Part shown: positions 49,953 through 60,014 of the stretch, one piece after another | Numbering within the stretch: the first letter of the stretch is position 1 | Layout: every line of letters starts with the position of its first letter | Assembly: GCA_018650465.1 (NCBI GenBank) | Contig: JABIFY010000092.1 | Span: 15,477 to 79,476, forward strand | DNA from: Alphaproteobacteria bacterium | GTDB taxonomy: Bacteria > Pseudomonadota > Alphaproteobacteria > UBA2966 | Direction: 5' to 3' | DNA length: 64,000 nt | Position numbers and translations under genes: made by a program | The notes under the pieces: model-generated | What the model was told of the DNA's origin: nothing | The model's database searches: none | What the model saw: only the letters and a program-made list of their open reading frames with translations

Positions 49953-50825
49953 ATGATTAATACATTGACTGGGAGGGAAGTTCTGTTGCGTTATTTCCTG
50001 CCGGATACGGTTGCTGAGGCGACCGCCGGACTAGCTGAAAAAAATTATCGGATCGTTGCGGGCGGCACGGATTTTTACCCCGCCCTGGCTGATCAGCCTG
50101 TGCGCGACGACGTCATGGATATTTCCGGCCTGCAAGCTTTGCGCGGCATCGCCCGGGAAACCAAACACACCCGCATTGGTGCCCTTGCCACCTGGACAGA
50201 TATTGCCCGGGCGGAGCTGCCAAATAAATTCCGCGGCCTGCAACTGGCGGCGCGTGAAGTGGGGGCTTTGCAAATACAGAATGTGGCGACCGTTGCAGGC
50301 AATCTTTGCAATGCCTCGCCCGCGGCGGACGGCGTGCCGCCCCTGTTGACCCTGAATGCGCAAGTCGAAATCTCCGCTGCGAACGGCCAGCGTGTTTTAC
50401 CGCTGGATCAGTTCATCCTTGGCAACAGGCGCACGGCGCTGGAGCCAAATGAAATGCTGACCGCCATTTTGATCCCGAATGATGCAGAAGCGGCAAACAG
50501 TCATTTTATGAAACTGGGCTCCCGGCAATATCTGGTTATCTCCTACGTCATGGTGGCGACTTTGCTGGAAGCAGACGATTCCGGCATTATCACCCAGGCC
50601 CGGGTTTCGGTTGGCGCCTGTTCCGAGGTGGCGTGCCGTCTTGCCGATCTTGAAGCGGCACTCGTTGGGCAACCCTTGACAACGACCAGTGCTGTCGTGC
50701 GGCCCGACCATCTGTCCATCCTTGCGCCCATCGATGATATTCGGGCGTCGGCTGATTATCGCCTGGCGGCAGCGTTGGAATATACCAGGCGCAGCCTTTC
50801 GGCCTGTACGGAGGGTCTGTTATGA
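49953..50825 (+). CDS. Xanthine-dehydrogenase-family FAD-binding subunit (CoxM/XdhB-like)
   Basis: RIVAGGTDFYP FAD-binding motif and C-terminal CO-dehydrogenase flavoprotein domain. Confidence 0.8.
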   Translation: MINTLTGREVLLRYFLPDTVAEATAGLAEKNYRIVAGGTDFYPALADQPVRDDVMDISGLQALRGIARETKHTRIGALATWTDIARAELPNKFRGLQLAAREVGALQIQNVATVAGNLCNASPAADGVPPLLTLNAQVEISAANGQRVLPLDQFILGNRRTALEPNEMLTAILIPNDAEAANSHFMKLGSRQYLVISYVMVATLLEADDSGIITQARVSVGACSEVACRLADLEAALVGQPLTTTSAVVRPDHLSILAPIDDIRASADYRLAAALEYTRRSLSACTEGLL

Positions 50826-53581
50826 CATCACCTGGTACGAGTGGGTCTGTCGACTTTTCCCTGAACGGAAAACCGGTTTCAGTTTCCGTTGATCCCACGC
50901 GTCGGCTGTCACAAGTGCTGCGCGAAGACCTTGGTCAGACCGGCACCAAAATAGGTTGTAATGCGGGCGACTGCGGGGCCTGTACGGTGTTGGCCGATGG
51001 CCTTTCGGTTTGTGCCTGCATGGTACCTGTCGGGCGGTTGCAGGGTGCGCAAATCCAGACCGTGGAGGGATTGGCTGAAGCGGGCATTCCCAATCGACTG
51101 CAAAAAGCATTTTTGCATTTTGGCGCCGCCCAGTGTGGCATTTGTACGCCGGGTATGTTGATGGCGGCCACCGCATTGCTGGCGGAAAACGCCCGTCCCG
51201 ATGAAGCCCAGGTAAAAGACGCGCTGGGCGGTGTGCTTTGCCGCTGTACAGGATATCGCAAGATCATCCAGGCGGTGATGGCTGCCCATGATTTTGATGC
51301 CGAACCTTTGCGGGCTGAAACCGGCACGGCAGTGGGCACTCGCCTTAACCGGCTTGATGGTGAAGAAAAGGTTCTCGGCACAGATTTGTTTGGTGATGAC
51401 GTTGCTGGACAAGGTGCACTCGTCCTCAAGGTTATTCGCTCACCTTATCATCGGGCGTCATTTTCCTTCGGGGATACAGGCGGGTTACTGGTGACAACAC
51501 CTGGCCTGATCAAAATCCTGACCGCCAGCGATATTCCGGGCAGAAATTTACATGGCGTTATTCCGGATACTGTCGATCAACCAGTCTTTGCCGTGGCTGA
51601 AACCCGTTTCAAGGGCGAGGCGATTGCTGCCGTGGTTGGGGATGCCGACGCCGTGGACAAGTTTGATGTGTCGGACTTTCCCGTGACCTGGACGGAACGA
51701 CCCGCGTACCTGACGCCGGAAAAGGCTTTGGCTGACAATGCACCCCTGATACATGCCAACCGGCCCGGAAATATCCTGATGAACGGCATCGTGCAGCGCG
51801 GTGATCTGGCGGCCGGCTTCGCGCACAAAGACGCCACGATTGCCGAAGGCGATTTCATCACCGGCTTTGTTGAGCACGGTTATATTGAACCGGAAGCGGG
51901 CCTGGCCCAACGTGTGGGCGACCGACTTGAAATGCATGTTTGCACCCAGTCGCCCTATATGGATCGCGATGACACGGCAGCTATTCTTGGTATCGCCAAA
52001 GAAGATGTGCGCATCATACCGACGGCGGTTGGCGGTGGCTTTGGCAGCAAGCTTGATCTCTCGGTCCAGCCCTATATCGCACTGGCCGCCTGGTTGCTGG
52101 ATCGCCCTGTGCGCATGACCTACAGCCGCCAGGAAACCATGATGTCGACAACCAAACGACATCCTTCAGCCATCAAGGCCAGAATCTCTGCAGACAAACA
52201 GGGCAAGCTGTTATCCATGGATTTCAACGGCGTGTTCAACACCGGGGCCTATGCTTCGTGGGGACCGACGGTTGGCAATCGGGTGCCGGTACATGCCTCG
52301 GGTCCTTATATATATGATGCCTATCGCGCCCGCAGTCAGGCGGTGCATACCCATTGCGTGCCGTCCGGTGCCTTCCGGGGATTTGGTGTGCCGCAATCTT
52401 CCATTGTGCAGGAAACCCTGTTTGATGAACTGGCGGACAAGCTGGCCATTGATCGGCTGGACTTTCGTTTGCGCAACGCCCTGGTGAACGGTGCAACGAC
52501 GGTTTGTGGCCAGGTCTTCAGCGAAGGTGTGGGCATCAAGGATTGCCTGCAAAGTCTGAAACCCCATTGGGACCGGGCCTTGTCTGAAGCTGATGGTTTC
52601 AATGCCGCATCAGATGGCAGCTTGCGACGCGGTGTGGGTGTGGCGGGCATGTGGTACGGCTGTGGCAACACGTCGCTGCCCAATCCGTCGACCATCAAGG
52701 TTGCCATTCGCAATGATGGCCAGGTGGTTCTGTTCCAGGGTGCTGTGGATGTGGGGCAGGGGGCCAACACCGTTATCACACAAATCTGTGCTGATGCCGC
52801 AGGCCTGGACATCCTCAATTTTTCTCTTGTCTATGGTGATACCGATCTAACGGCGGACGCGGGTAAAACCTCAGCCTCACGCCAAACCTTTATCAGTGGC
52901 AAGGCGTCATACCTCGCGGGCCAGGATTTGCGCAAAAAAATCCTGCGTATGGTCAATGCCAGTGAAGATGCGCGCCTCGCCATTAATGGCAGCAAAATTA
53001 CCGCCATCGATACAGCCGGGCGAAATGATATCGATCTGGCTGCCTTGCCGGCGGATGAAGATGGATTTGTCTTTACTGGTGAAGGAACCTTTGATCCACC
53101 TACCGTGGCCCTCGATGAAAATGGCCAGGGTGAACCCTATGCGGTTTTTGGATATGGCGCACATATGATGGAACTGGAAGTCGATACCCGCCTGGGCACG
53201 GTACGCTTGATCAAGCTGACGGCCGCCCATGATGTGGGCAAAGCCATTAACCCAACCCTGATTGAAGGCCAGATCGAAGGCGGTGCAGCCCAGGGACTGG
53301 GCCTCGCTCTGATGGAAGAATTTGTGCCGGGCCGCACCGAAAATCTGCACGATTATTTGATTCCGACCATTGGCGATGTGCCCGAGGTGGAATCGATCCT
53401 TGTTGAAGTGCCCAACGCACATGGTCCTTACGGGGCCAAAGGCATAGGTGAACAAGTTCTGATCCCGACTGCGCCAGCCATCCTCAATGCCATCCGACAT
53501 GCCACGGGTGCGGTTTTACGGGATATGCCCGCAACGCCAGAAAAAGTGCGCAATGCAGTTTTGCGGGCGAAAGGGAATTAG
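50822..53581 (+). CDS. Xanthine-dehydrogenase-family fused [2Fe-2S] + molybdopterin-binding subunit
   Basis: N-terminal plant-type and second 2Fe-2S Cys motifs (CNAGDCGACTV; CGICTPG). Large aldehyde-oxidase/XDH Mo-binding body. 4-nt overlap with the FAD subunit. Confidence 0.8.
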   Translation: MTSPGTSGSVDFSLNGKPVSVSVDPTRRLSQVLREDLGQTGTKIGCNAGDCGACTVLADGLSVCACMVPVGRLQGAQIQTVEGLAEAGIPNRLQKAFLHFGAAQCGICTPGMLMAATALLAENARPDEAQVKDALGGVLCRCTGYRKIIQAVMAAHDFDAEPLRAETGTAVGTRLNRLDGEEKVLGTDLFGDDVAGQGALVLKVIRSPYHRASFSFGDTGGLLVTTPGLIKILTASDIPGRNLHGVIPDTVDQPVFAVAETRFKGEAIAAVVGDADAVDKFDVSDFPVTWTERPAYLTPEKALADNAPLIHANRPGNILMNGIVQRGDLAAGFAHKDATIAEGDFITGFVEHGYIEPEAGLAQRVGDRLEMHVCTQSPYMDRDDTAAILGIAKEDVRIIPTAVGGGFGSKLDLSVQPYIALAAWLLDRPVRMTYSRQETMMSTTKRHPSAIKARISADKQGKLLSMDFNGVFNTGAYASWGPTVGNRVPVHASGPYIYDAYRARSQAVHTHCVPSGAFRGFGVPQSSIVQETLFDELADKLAIDRLDFRLRNALVNGATTVCGQVFSEGVGIKDCLQSLKPHWDRALSEADGFNAASDGSLRRGVGVAGMWYGCGNTSLPNPSTIKVAIRNDGQVVLFQGAVDVGQGANTVITQICADAAGLDILNFSLVYGDTDLTADAGKTSASRQTFISGKASYLAGQDLRKKILRMVNASEDARLAINGSKITAIDTAGRNDIDLAALPADEDGFVFTGEGTFDPPTVALDENGQGEPYAVFGYGAHMMELEVDTRLGTVRLIKLTAAHDVGKAINPTLIEGQIEGGAAQGLGLALMEEFVPGRTENLHDYLIPTIGDVPEVESILVEVPNAHGPYGAKGIGEQVLIPTAPAILNAIRHATGAVLRDMPATPEKVRNAVLRAKGN

Positions 53582-53583
53582 TG

Positions 53584-55080
53584 ATGCCAGATGACAAAGA
53601 AGACCTCGTCGTTTGTGATGCCTGCCCGGTACGTTGTCGCATCAAACAAGGCCGCCCCGGTGCGTGCGATCGATATGCAAATGTTGATGGCCTGCTGACC
53701 CGCGTTGACCCGCTAACCGTGGTTGAACGGGCCGAAACCCACGGCACACCCCTGGTGCCTTTCCTGAAAAATGATCAGGAATGGAGCGGTGATCTGGTGC
53801 AGTCTGAAAACACCTTTGTCACTGCTGTGGGTGCTGGCACCACCTATCCCGACTATAAACCGGCCCCTTTCATAGTCTCCAGCGAGGTGGACGGTGTGGA
53901 TATGGTGACCGTGGTCACAGAAGGCATCTACAGCTACTGCGGCGTCAAGATCAAGGTCGATACAGATCGCCACCTGGGCCATGAAGCCGCCTCAGTACGG
54001 GTCGACGGCGAAGTCGTTGGCCATGTCACGACAGGTGAATACGGATCACAAATGATGTCCCTCGGCGGTGTTGCCCATCTGACCGGCGGCAGTAAAAAAG
54101 AAGGCCGCGTGACCTGTCAGACCCTGATGGATTTGTGCAATTGCAAGCCGGTCAAGCTGACGATTGATGACGGCGTGTCGATCATTGTTGAGGCCGGCAA
54201 GGCCCCGATCATTGATGACGTGACGGAGGAACGCATGCGCGTTGGTTGTGGCTCCGCCGCAATCGGTATGTTCGCCATGCAGTGGCAGCCCCTGGTCGAC
54301 GAAGTCGTTGTGGTAGATGATCACATCACCGGCGTGATGTCAGAACACGAAGCCGGAAAAGTTCTGGATGTACCGCCCACGGGTATTTCCATCAACGGCC
54401 GTCGCTCGACCCCCGGTCGCTATTTCAAGGTCGCCGAACCAGGTACGGGTTGGGGTGGTACAGATATCAGCGATCCCCTGTCGATCCTCAACGACTTTAA
54501 GCCAGCAGATGCCAAACCAGGCACAACCCTGTTGATGGTCTCGACCACCGGCGAACATTATGCTTATTTTGTGCTGGACGATAATCTGAAACCTGTCGAA
54601 GAACCCTTGCCGGATGTCTTGATGGCCTCGGTCGAACGGGTGCGGGAAAATTGTGAACCGGCATTATGTTCTGTGTTGTTCATTGGCGGTGCCGGTGGCT
54701 CGCTTCGGGCAGGCGTTACCGAAAATCCCGTCAAGCTGACCATGTCCGTGAAGGACGCCTTGACCAATGTTACCAGCGGCGGAGCGGAAACCTTTGTCTG
54801 GCCTGGCGGGGGCATTACCTACATGGTCGACGTGACGCGCATGCCTGAAAATTCCTTTGGTTATGTCCCCACACCGGCCATCGTCGCCCCCATCGAATTT
54901 TCCATGCGTCTTGAAGATTACGCGGCCCTGGGTGGCCATATGGAGTCGATTGTGCCTTTGGCCGAGGTGCTAAAGGATCCGAACCTTCGTCCTGTGGAAC
55001 AGGGCGAAAGTTCCTGGCCCATGGAAAAGAGCCAGTATAAATGGCCAGATGAGCAAAAAGACGAGCGCAAAGATGAATAG
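53584..55080 (+). CDS. Cys-rich conserved protein, possible 6-hydroxynicotinate-reductase (Hnr)-like
   Basis: N-terminal CDACPVRCRIKQGRPGACDRY Cys cluster. No other fold recognisable by eye. Starts 3 nt after the Mo-subunit stop. Confidence 0.45.
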   Translation: MPDDKEDLVVCDACPVRCRIKQGRPGACDRYANVDGLLTRVDPLTVVERAETHGTPLVPFLKNDQEWSGDLVQSENTFVTAVGAGTTYPDYKPAPFIVSSEVDGVDMVTVVTEGIYSYCGVKIKVDTDRHLGHEAASVRVDGEVVGHVTTGEYGSQMMSLGGVAHLTGGSKKEGRVTCQTLMDLCNCKPVKLTIDDGVSIIVEAGKAPIIDDVTEERMRVGCGSAAIGMFAMQWQPLVDEVVVVDDHITGVMSEHEAGKVLDVPPTGISINGRRSTPGRYFKVAEPGTGWGGTDISDPLSILNDFKPADAKPGTTLLMVSTTGEHYAYFVLDDNLKPVEEPLPDVLMASVERVRENCEPALCSVLFIGGAGGSLRAGVTENPVKLTMSVKDALTNVTSGGAETFVWPGGGITYMVDVTRMPENSFGYVPTPAIVAPIEFSMRLEDYAALGGHMESIVPLAEVLKDPNLRPVEQGESSWPMEKSQYKWPDEQKDERKDE

Positions 55081-56173
55081 CGCTTTTGCCCGCATTTTGC
55101 CCGACGGCAAACGCCTGCATTTGCAGCAAGGCCCCATTGATCTGGTGATCGATGCAGATGGCGATGAGGCTGAAGTTGCCTTGGCTTTTGAGCAGGCGAT
55201 GCGGGCCTTCGAGCCTGTGTTGACGGATTTGGTAGCGGAATTGGAAGTGTTGCGGAAGGTCCTGGCGCCACACTCCTCTACCGTCATGCGCGGGCTTGAC
55301 CCGCGTACCCACGCCTTCGGGGAACAGGTCTGCCAGAAGGCGAATTTCCTGAGTTCTGCATCATCCTCAAATGACCAGAGTTCTGCGCCTGAAGATAAAT
55401 GCCGTCAAGACGTGGGTACCCGTGTCAAGCACGGGCATGACGGACGTGGGGTGCAGTTTTACGATCCGAATAAATCCAATCCTGTCGCGAACATCATGAC
55501 ATCCGCCGCAGCCAACTTCGCAGCCCACAACGTCAGCCCCATGATCGCCGTCGCCGGGTCCGTCGCCGACTACATCCTGGATAAAATGCTGGCAGGGCGA
55601 ACGCTGAATCGAGTCTACGTCAATAACGGTGGCGATATATCACTGTATCTGAACGACGGCCACAGCTTTGATATCGGTATCGTCGACCGGGTTGATGCAC
55701 CCGAAATTTCCGCCACGGCTCATATCACATCCAATGACACCGTTCGTGGCGTCGCGACCAGCGGCTGGAGAGGACGCAGTTTCTCGCTTGGTGTGGCTGA
55801 CGCGGTAACCGTCCTTGCCCCGACGGCGGCTCTGGCAGACGCTGCCGCAACTCTGATCGCCAATGAAGTTGATCCCGGCCCTTGTTTTGAAATTTCCCGC
55901 ACGCCGGCCCATGACCTGGACCCCGACAGTGACCTCGGCGCACGACTGGTGACAACCGATGTCCAGCCTTTGTCGGCCCGGCAAAAAGACCTGGCCCTGC
56001 AACGCGGTCAGGACCTGGCCCGGACTTTTGTTCGGGACGGTTTGATCACGGCTGCTGCCTTGTCCCTGCAGGGCAGTACGCGCATGGCCGGGGACCTCAA
56101 TCCCAAAATTAGTCTCAATAACAACGTTGCCCCAAACAATCCTGATCCGGAGAAAAAATATGCCCGCGGTTGA
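55073..56173 (+). CDS. Conserved hypothetical protein (C-terminal region possibly UPF0280/ApbE-like)
   Basis: ATG overlaps the upstream stop by 8 nt. Segment PMIAVAGSVADYILDKM...VYVNNGGDISL is weakly reminiscent of UPF0280. Confidence 0.35.
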   Translation: MNSAFARILPDGKRLHLQQGPIDLVIDADGDEAEVALAFEQAMRAFEPVLTDLVAELEVLRKVLAPHSSTVMRGLDPRTHAFGEQVCQKANFLSSASSSNDQSSAPEDKCRQDVGTRVKHGHDGRGVQFYDPNKSNPVANIMTSAAANFAAHNVSPMIAVAGSVADYILDKMLAGRTLNRVYVNNGGDISLYLNDGHSFDIGIVDRVDAPEISATAHITSNDTVRGVATSGWRGRSFSLGVADAVTVLAPTAALADAAATLIANEVDPGPCFEISRTPAHDLDPDSDLGARLVTTDVQPLSARQKDLALQRGQDLARTFVRDGLITAAALSLQGSTRMAGDLNPKISLNNNVAPNNPDPEKKYARG

Positions 56174-56744
56174 ACTCAGAAAACAAATCATATCCGTCGA
56201 GGAAACCTGGCACGAAGGTGGCCCGGTTGCACAAACACCCAACCGCCGGGCCAGTGGCATGATCATCATCAAAAATCCCTTCGCCGGAAAATATGTGGAA
56301 GATATCCAGCCTTTCATTGAAGATCTGAAACCCTTTGGTCTGGCCCTGGCGACTGCTGTGCTGGATGCTCTGGGTGGCGATGGTTCTGCCATTGAAGGTT
56401 ATGGCAAGGGTGCCATCATCGGCGAGGCCGGAGAGCTGGAGCATGGTGCCCTGTGGCATCCCGCCGGTGGTTATGCCATGCGGGCCCTGTTGGATGGCAC
56501 CAAGGCCATTGTTGCCTCAACCAAAAAAGTTGGTGGGGTCGGGGCCCGGCTGGATGTACCGATCACCCATACCAATGCATCTTATGTGCGCAGTCATTTT
56601 GATGCCATGGAAGTGGGCTGCAATGATGCGCCGCGCGCCAACGAGCTGGCCTACATACTGGTCATGAGCACCGGACCCCGCGTCCACAGCCGGTCTGGCG
56701 GTCTGGAAGTAGCCGACGTTAAAGGAGAGGATGGATTAAAATGA
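56160..56744 (+). CDS. Amino-acid-synthesis family (PF06684/DUF1185-like) protein, paralogue 1
   Basis: Shared motifs with the downstream paralogue: NPFAG, GELEH, YVRSHFDAMEV, NDAPRANE. Confidence 0.45.
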   Translation: MPAVELRKQIISVEETWHEGGPVAQTPNRRASGMIIIKNPFAGKYVEDIQPFIEDLKPFGLALATAVLDALGGDGSAIEGYGKGAIIGEAGELEHGALWHPAGGYAMRALLDGTKAIVASTKKVGGVGARLDVPITHTNASYVRSHFDAMEVGCNDAPRANELAYILVMSTGPRVHSRSGGLEVADVKGEDGLK

Positions 56745-57328
56745 CTACTGCAATAATTCGCAAGATCATCACTGTTGTCGACGAAACTCACATTGAAATG
56801 GGCAAGGCCATCTCGCCCGCAACCCGGCGGGCTGCGGCCATCGCCGTCATCGCCAACCCCTTTGCGGGCAGCTATACGGAAGACCTCGATCCTCTGATGG
56901 AAATCGGTGCGGAGCTGGGCGGTATATTGGGCGCGCGCGCCGTTGAGGCTTTGGGGATCACGCCGGAGCAGGCCGAGAGCTATGGCAAAGCGGCCATCGT
57001 TGGTGAAAATGGTGAGTTGGAACATGCAGCTGCAATTTTACATCCCAAACTGGGTGCCCCCTTGCGCAAGGCCGTCGAAAAGGGTGCTGCTCTGGTGCCT
57101 TCTGCCAAGAAGATGGGCGGTCCTGGTACGCCCATGGATGTGCCCCTCGGTCACAAGGAAGCCGCCTATGTGCGCAGCCATTTCGATGCCATGGAAGTGC
57201 GCGTCAATGATGCCCCGCGGGCCAATGAAATTCTGGTCGCCGTTTGTGTCACGGACAGCGGGCGGCCTTTGCCAAGGGTCGGTGGTCTGACCCATGAAGA
57301 TGCCGAAGGCAAAGACGGCTTGCGCTAG
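56741..57328 (+). CDS. Amino-acid-synthesis family (PF06684/DUF1185-like) protein, paralogue 2
   Basis: About 45-50% identical to paralogue 1 over the full length. 4-nt overlap. Confidence 0.45.
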   Translation: MTTAIIRKIITVVDETHIEMGKAISPATRRAAAIAVIANPFAGSYTEDLDPLMEIGAELGGILGARAVEALGITPEQAESYGKAAIVGENGELEHAAAILHPKLGAPLRKAVEKGAALVPSAKKMGGPGTPMDVPLGHKEAAYVRSHFDAMEVRVNDAPRANEILVAVCVTDSGRPLPRVGGLTHEDAEGKDGLR

Positions 57329-57342
57329 GCTGGACCCCGAAT

Positions 57343-58401
57343 ATGCAATTCATCCATAACAGCTGGTACGTGGCAGGTTGGTCGAAAGAGTTCACGCGTG
57401 AGCTAAGCAAAGCCACGATCCTTGGCGAAAACATCGTCTTCTACCGCACTGAAGCCGGCACCGTTACGGCCCTGGAAGATCGTTGTCCGCATAAACTGTT
57501 GCCTTTGTCCGAAGGTCGGTTGATCGGTGATGATTTGCAGTGCGGTTATCACGGCGTGACCTTTGGCTGCGACGGTAAATGTGTGCGGGTGCCGGGCCAA
57601 TCAGTGCTGCCTAAAAGCGCCTGGGTGCGCCACTTCCCCACGTTCGAGCGTCACAATATTGTCTGGATCTGGATGGGTGATGAGGGCAAAGCGGATGAAA
57701 GTCTGGTCTTTGATTTGCCGGAACTTTCCAGTCCTGACTATGCGCCGCACCAGGGCAATCCGCTGCCTTATGCCTCAAACTATCTGAATGTGGCCGACAA
57801 TCTGTGCGACCCGGCCCATGTCAGTTTCGTGCACCCGACAACGCTGGGCAATCCTGAGATGGAGGATTTGCCTATTGATTCCGAAATGACGGGGGATGGC
57901 ACAGTGATTACCTCGCGCTGGACCCGCGATACCCCGCCTGTGGGTGTGTTTCAGGGACTGTCGGGCTTTGGCGTGAATTTCCGGGGCAACGTAGATCGCT
58001 GGCAATATTACATCATGAATGTGCCGTGTGTGGCCGTGATCGATTTTGGCAGTGCTGAGGTCTCGCAAGAAATAACTTATGACCGACGGGCGGAAGGTGT
58101 GCATATATATGCCATTCATTTTCTGACGCCCGTGGACGAGTTCCGCACGATTGATCGTTGGATGCATGTGCGAAATTTTGCTCTGCAGGACAAAGCCGTC
58201 GGTGGTGCCATGAATGATCTTTTTAATGTGGCCTTCGCCGAAGATAAAGTTATCCTCGAGGCGATCCAGATTGAGGAACGCCGCCCCAGATCAGCTGAGC
58301 AAGAACAACGACGGCCCTTGCGCATTGCTATCGACAAGGGATCAAACCTCTATCGTCGTCGTATTGATGAGTTGATCAAACAGGAACAGGTGAATGACTG
58401 A
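57343..58401 (+). CDS. Rieske non-haem iron oxygenase alpha subunit, VanA/GbcA/NdmA family
   Basis: Rieske CPHK...CGYHG, mononuclear-Fe motif DNLCDPAHVSFVH. Colinear with the vanillate O-demethylase oxygenase N-terminus (WYVAG...IVFYR...ALEDRCPH). Confidence 0.75.
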   Translation: MQFIHNSWYVAGWSKEFTRELSKATILGENIVFYRTEAGTVTALEDRCPHKLLPLSEGRLIGDDLQCGYHGVTFGCDGKCVRVPGQSVLPKSAWVRHFPTFERHNIVWIWMGDEGKADESLVFDLPELSSPDYAPHQGNPLPYASNYLNVADNLCDPAHVSFVHPTTLGNPEMEDLPIDSEMTGDGTVITSRWTRDTPPVGVFQGLSGFGVNFRGNVDRWQYYIMNVPCVAVIDFGSAEVSQEITYDRRAEGVHIYAIHFLTPVDEFRTIDRWMHVRNFALQDKAVGGAMNDLFNVAFAEDKVILEAIQIEERRPRSAEQEQRRPLRIAIDKGSNLYRRRIDELIKQEQVND

Positions 58402-58819
58402 AGATCGGAAAGGCTACGCCCTGGACGATCAGGTCGGGTTTATCCTGCGCGAAGTTGGCCAGCGCCACAGCACGATTTTTGCGGGCAAGATGATTGAGCG
58501 CCTCACGCCCACCCAGTTTGCCGCCATGGCCAAGCTGATCGAGGTCGGTGATTGTTCGCAAAATCAACTGGGCCGCCACACAGCGATGGATGTGGCCACG
58601 ATCAAGGGCGTTGTGGATCGTTTGGCCAAGCGCGGATTTGTGGACAGTCATGCCGACGACAAAGACGCCCGCCGCCGTATCGTTTGCCTGACCGATACGG
58701 GTCGCGATGTGGCCTTGCGGGCCATCCAGGTTGCGGGAGACATCACCCGGGAAACATTGAAACCCTTGTCAGAAGCCGGGCAAAAACAGCTGCTGAAGCT
58801 GTTGAGGGAATTACGTTAA
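58394..58819 (+). CDS. MarR family transcriptional regulator
   Basis: Winged-helix segment LTPTQFAAMAKL...QNQLGRHTAMDVATIKGVVDRLAKRGFV...DARRR. Confidence 0.75.
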   Translation: MTEDRKGYALDDQVGFILREVGQRHSTIFAGKMIERLTPTQFAAMAKLIEVGDCSQNQLGRHTAMDVATIKGVVDRLAKRGFVDSHADDKDARRRIVCLTDTGRDVALRAIQVAGDITRETLKPLSEAGQKQLLKLLRELR

Positions 58820-58867
58820 TCGGGCATTCTGGCCCAAATCAAAATAGCATGACAGGGAAGTAATATA

Positions 58868-59974
58868 ATGAAAACACGTGCAGCCATCGCCACCCAGGCC
58901 GGAAAACCGCTTGTTATTGAAGAAGTCGATCTGGACGGACCACAGCCCGGCGAGGTTCTGGTTGAAATCAAGGCGACAGGCGTTTGTCACACGGATGCTT
59001 TCACCCTGTCTGGCGATGATCCGGAAGGGGCCTTTCCGGCGATCCTGGGTCACGAAGGGGCCGGTATTGTGCGGGAAATTGGCAAAGGCGTAACTTCCGT
59101 GGAAGTGGGCGATCATGTGATCCCGCTTTACACGCCCGAGTGCCGGGAATGCGAATACTGCCTCAATCACAAGACCAATCTTTGTCAGTGCATTCGGGAA
59201 ACCCAGGGTGCGGGGGTCATGCCCGATGGCTCCAGCCGCTTTTCCCTGAACGGCAAAAAAATCCTGCATTATATGGGCTGTTCTACCTTTTCGAATTTTA
59301 CCGTGTTGCCGGAAATTGCCGTCGCCAAGGTGCGTAAAGACGCGCCGTTTGAACAAATTTGTTATATCGGTTGCGGTGTCACAACCGGCGTCGGGGCCGT
59401 CGCCCTGGATGCCAAGGTCGAGCCCGGCTCCAACGTCGTGGTCTTTGGCCTCGGCGGCATTGGCCTGAATGTGGTGCAGGGTGCGCGCATGGTGGGGGCC
59501 AACAAGATTATCGGCGTCGATCTGAATGATGGCCGGGTGGAGTTGGCGAAAAAATTCGGCATGACCGACTTCATCAACCCCAGTGAATGCGACAATGTTG
59601 TCGAAGCCATCATGGATATGACCAATGGGGGTGCTGATTATTCCTTCGAATGTATCGGCAATACCATGACCATGCGTCAGGCCCTGGAATGCTGTCACAA
59701 GGGTTGGGGCGAAAGCATCATCATTGGCGTCGCTGGTGCCGGTCAGGAAATTTCCACGCGCCCGTTCCAGCTGGTTACCGGCCGGGTCTGGCGTGGTACA
59801 GCCTTTGGCGGCGCCCGTGGCCGGACTGATGTGCCAAAGATTGTCGACTGGTACATGGACGGCAAAATCAACATCGACGACTTGATCACCCACACCATGC
59901 CGTTGGATGAAATCAACAATGCTTTCGATCTGATGCACAAGGGCGAGTCAATTCGCTCTGTTGTTTTGTATTAG
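58868..59974 (+). CDS. frmA: S-(hydroxymethyl)glutathione dehydrogenase / class III alcohol dehydrogenase
   Basis: Colinear with ADH3 ([50 protein letters not shown]). Confidence 0.85.
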   Translation: MKTRAAIATQAGKPLVIEEVDLDGPQPGEVLVEIKATGVCHTDAFTLSGDDPEGAFPAILGHEGAGIVREIGKGVTSVEVGDHVIPLYTPECRECEYCLNHKTNLCQCIRETQGAGVMPDGSSRFSLNGKKILHYMGCSTFSNFTVLPEIAVAKVRKDAPFEQICYIGCGVTTGVGAVALDAKVEPGSNVVVFGLGGIGLNVVQGARMVGANKIIGVDLNDGRVELAKKFGMTDFINPSECDNVVEAIMDMTNGGADYSFECIGNTMTMRQALECCHKGWGESIIIGVAGAGQEISTRPFQLVTGRVWRGTAFGGARGRTDVPKIVDWYMDGKINIDDLITHTMPLDEINNAFDLMHKGESIRSVVLY

Positions 59975-60014
59975 GAACGATTATTTTTGGCGACTACTCT
60001 GGGGGGAAAGAACA

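Noticed and set aside
58811-59938. 375-aa minus-strand ORF
   Set aside because: It is fully contained antisense within the well-supported class III alcohol dehydrogenase gene and has no recognisable fold. It is a typical high-GC shadow ORF.
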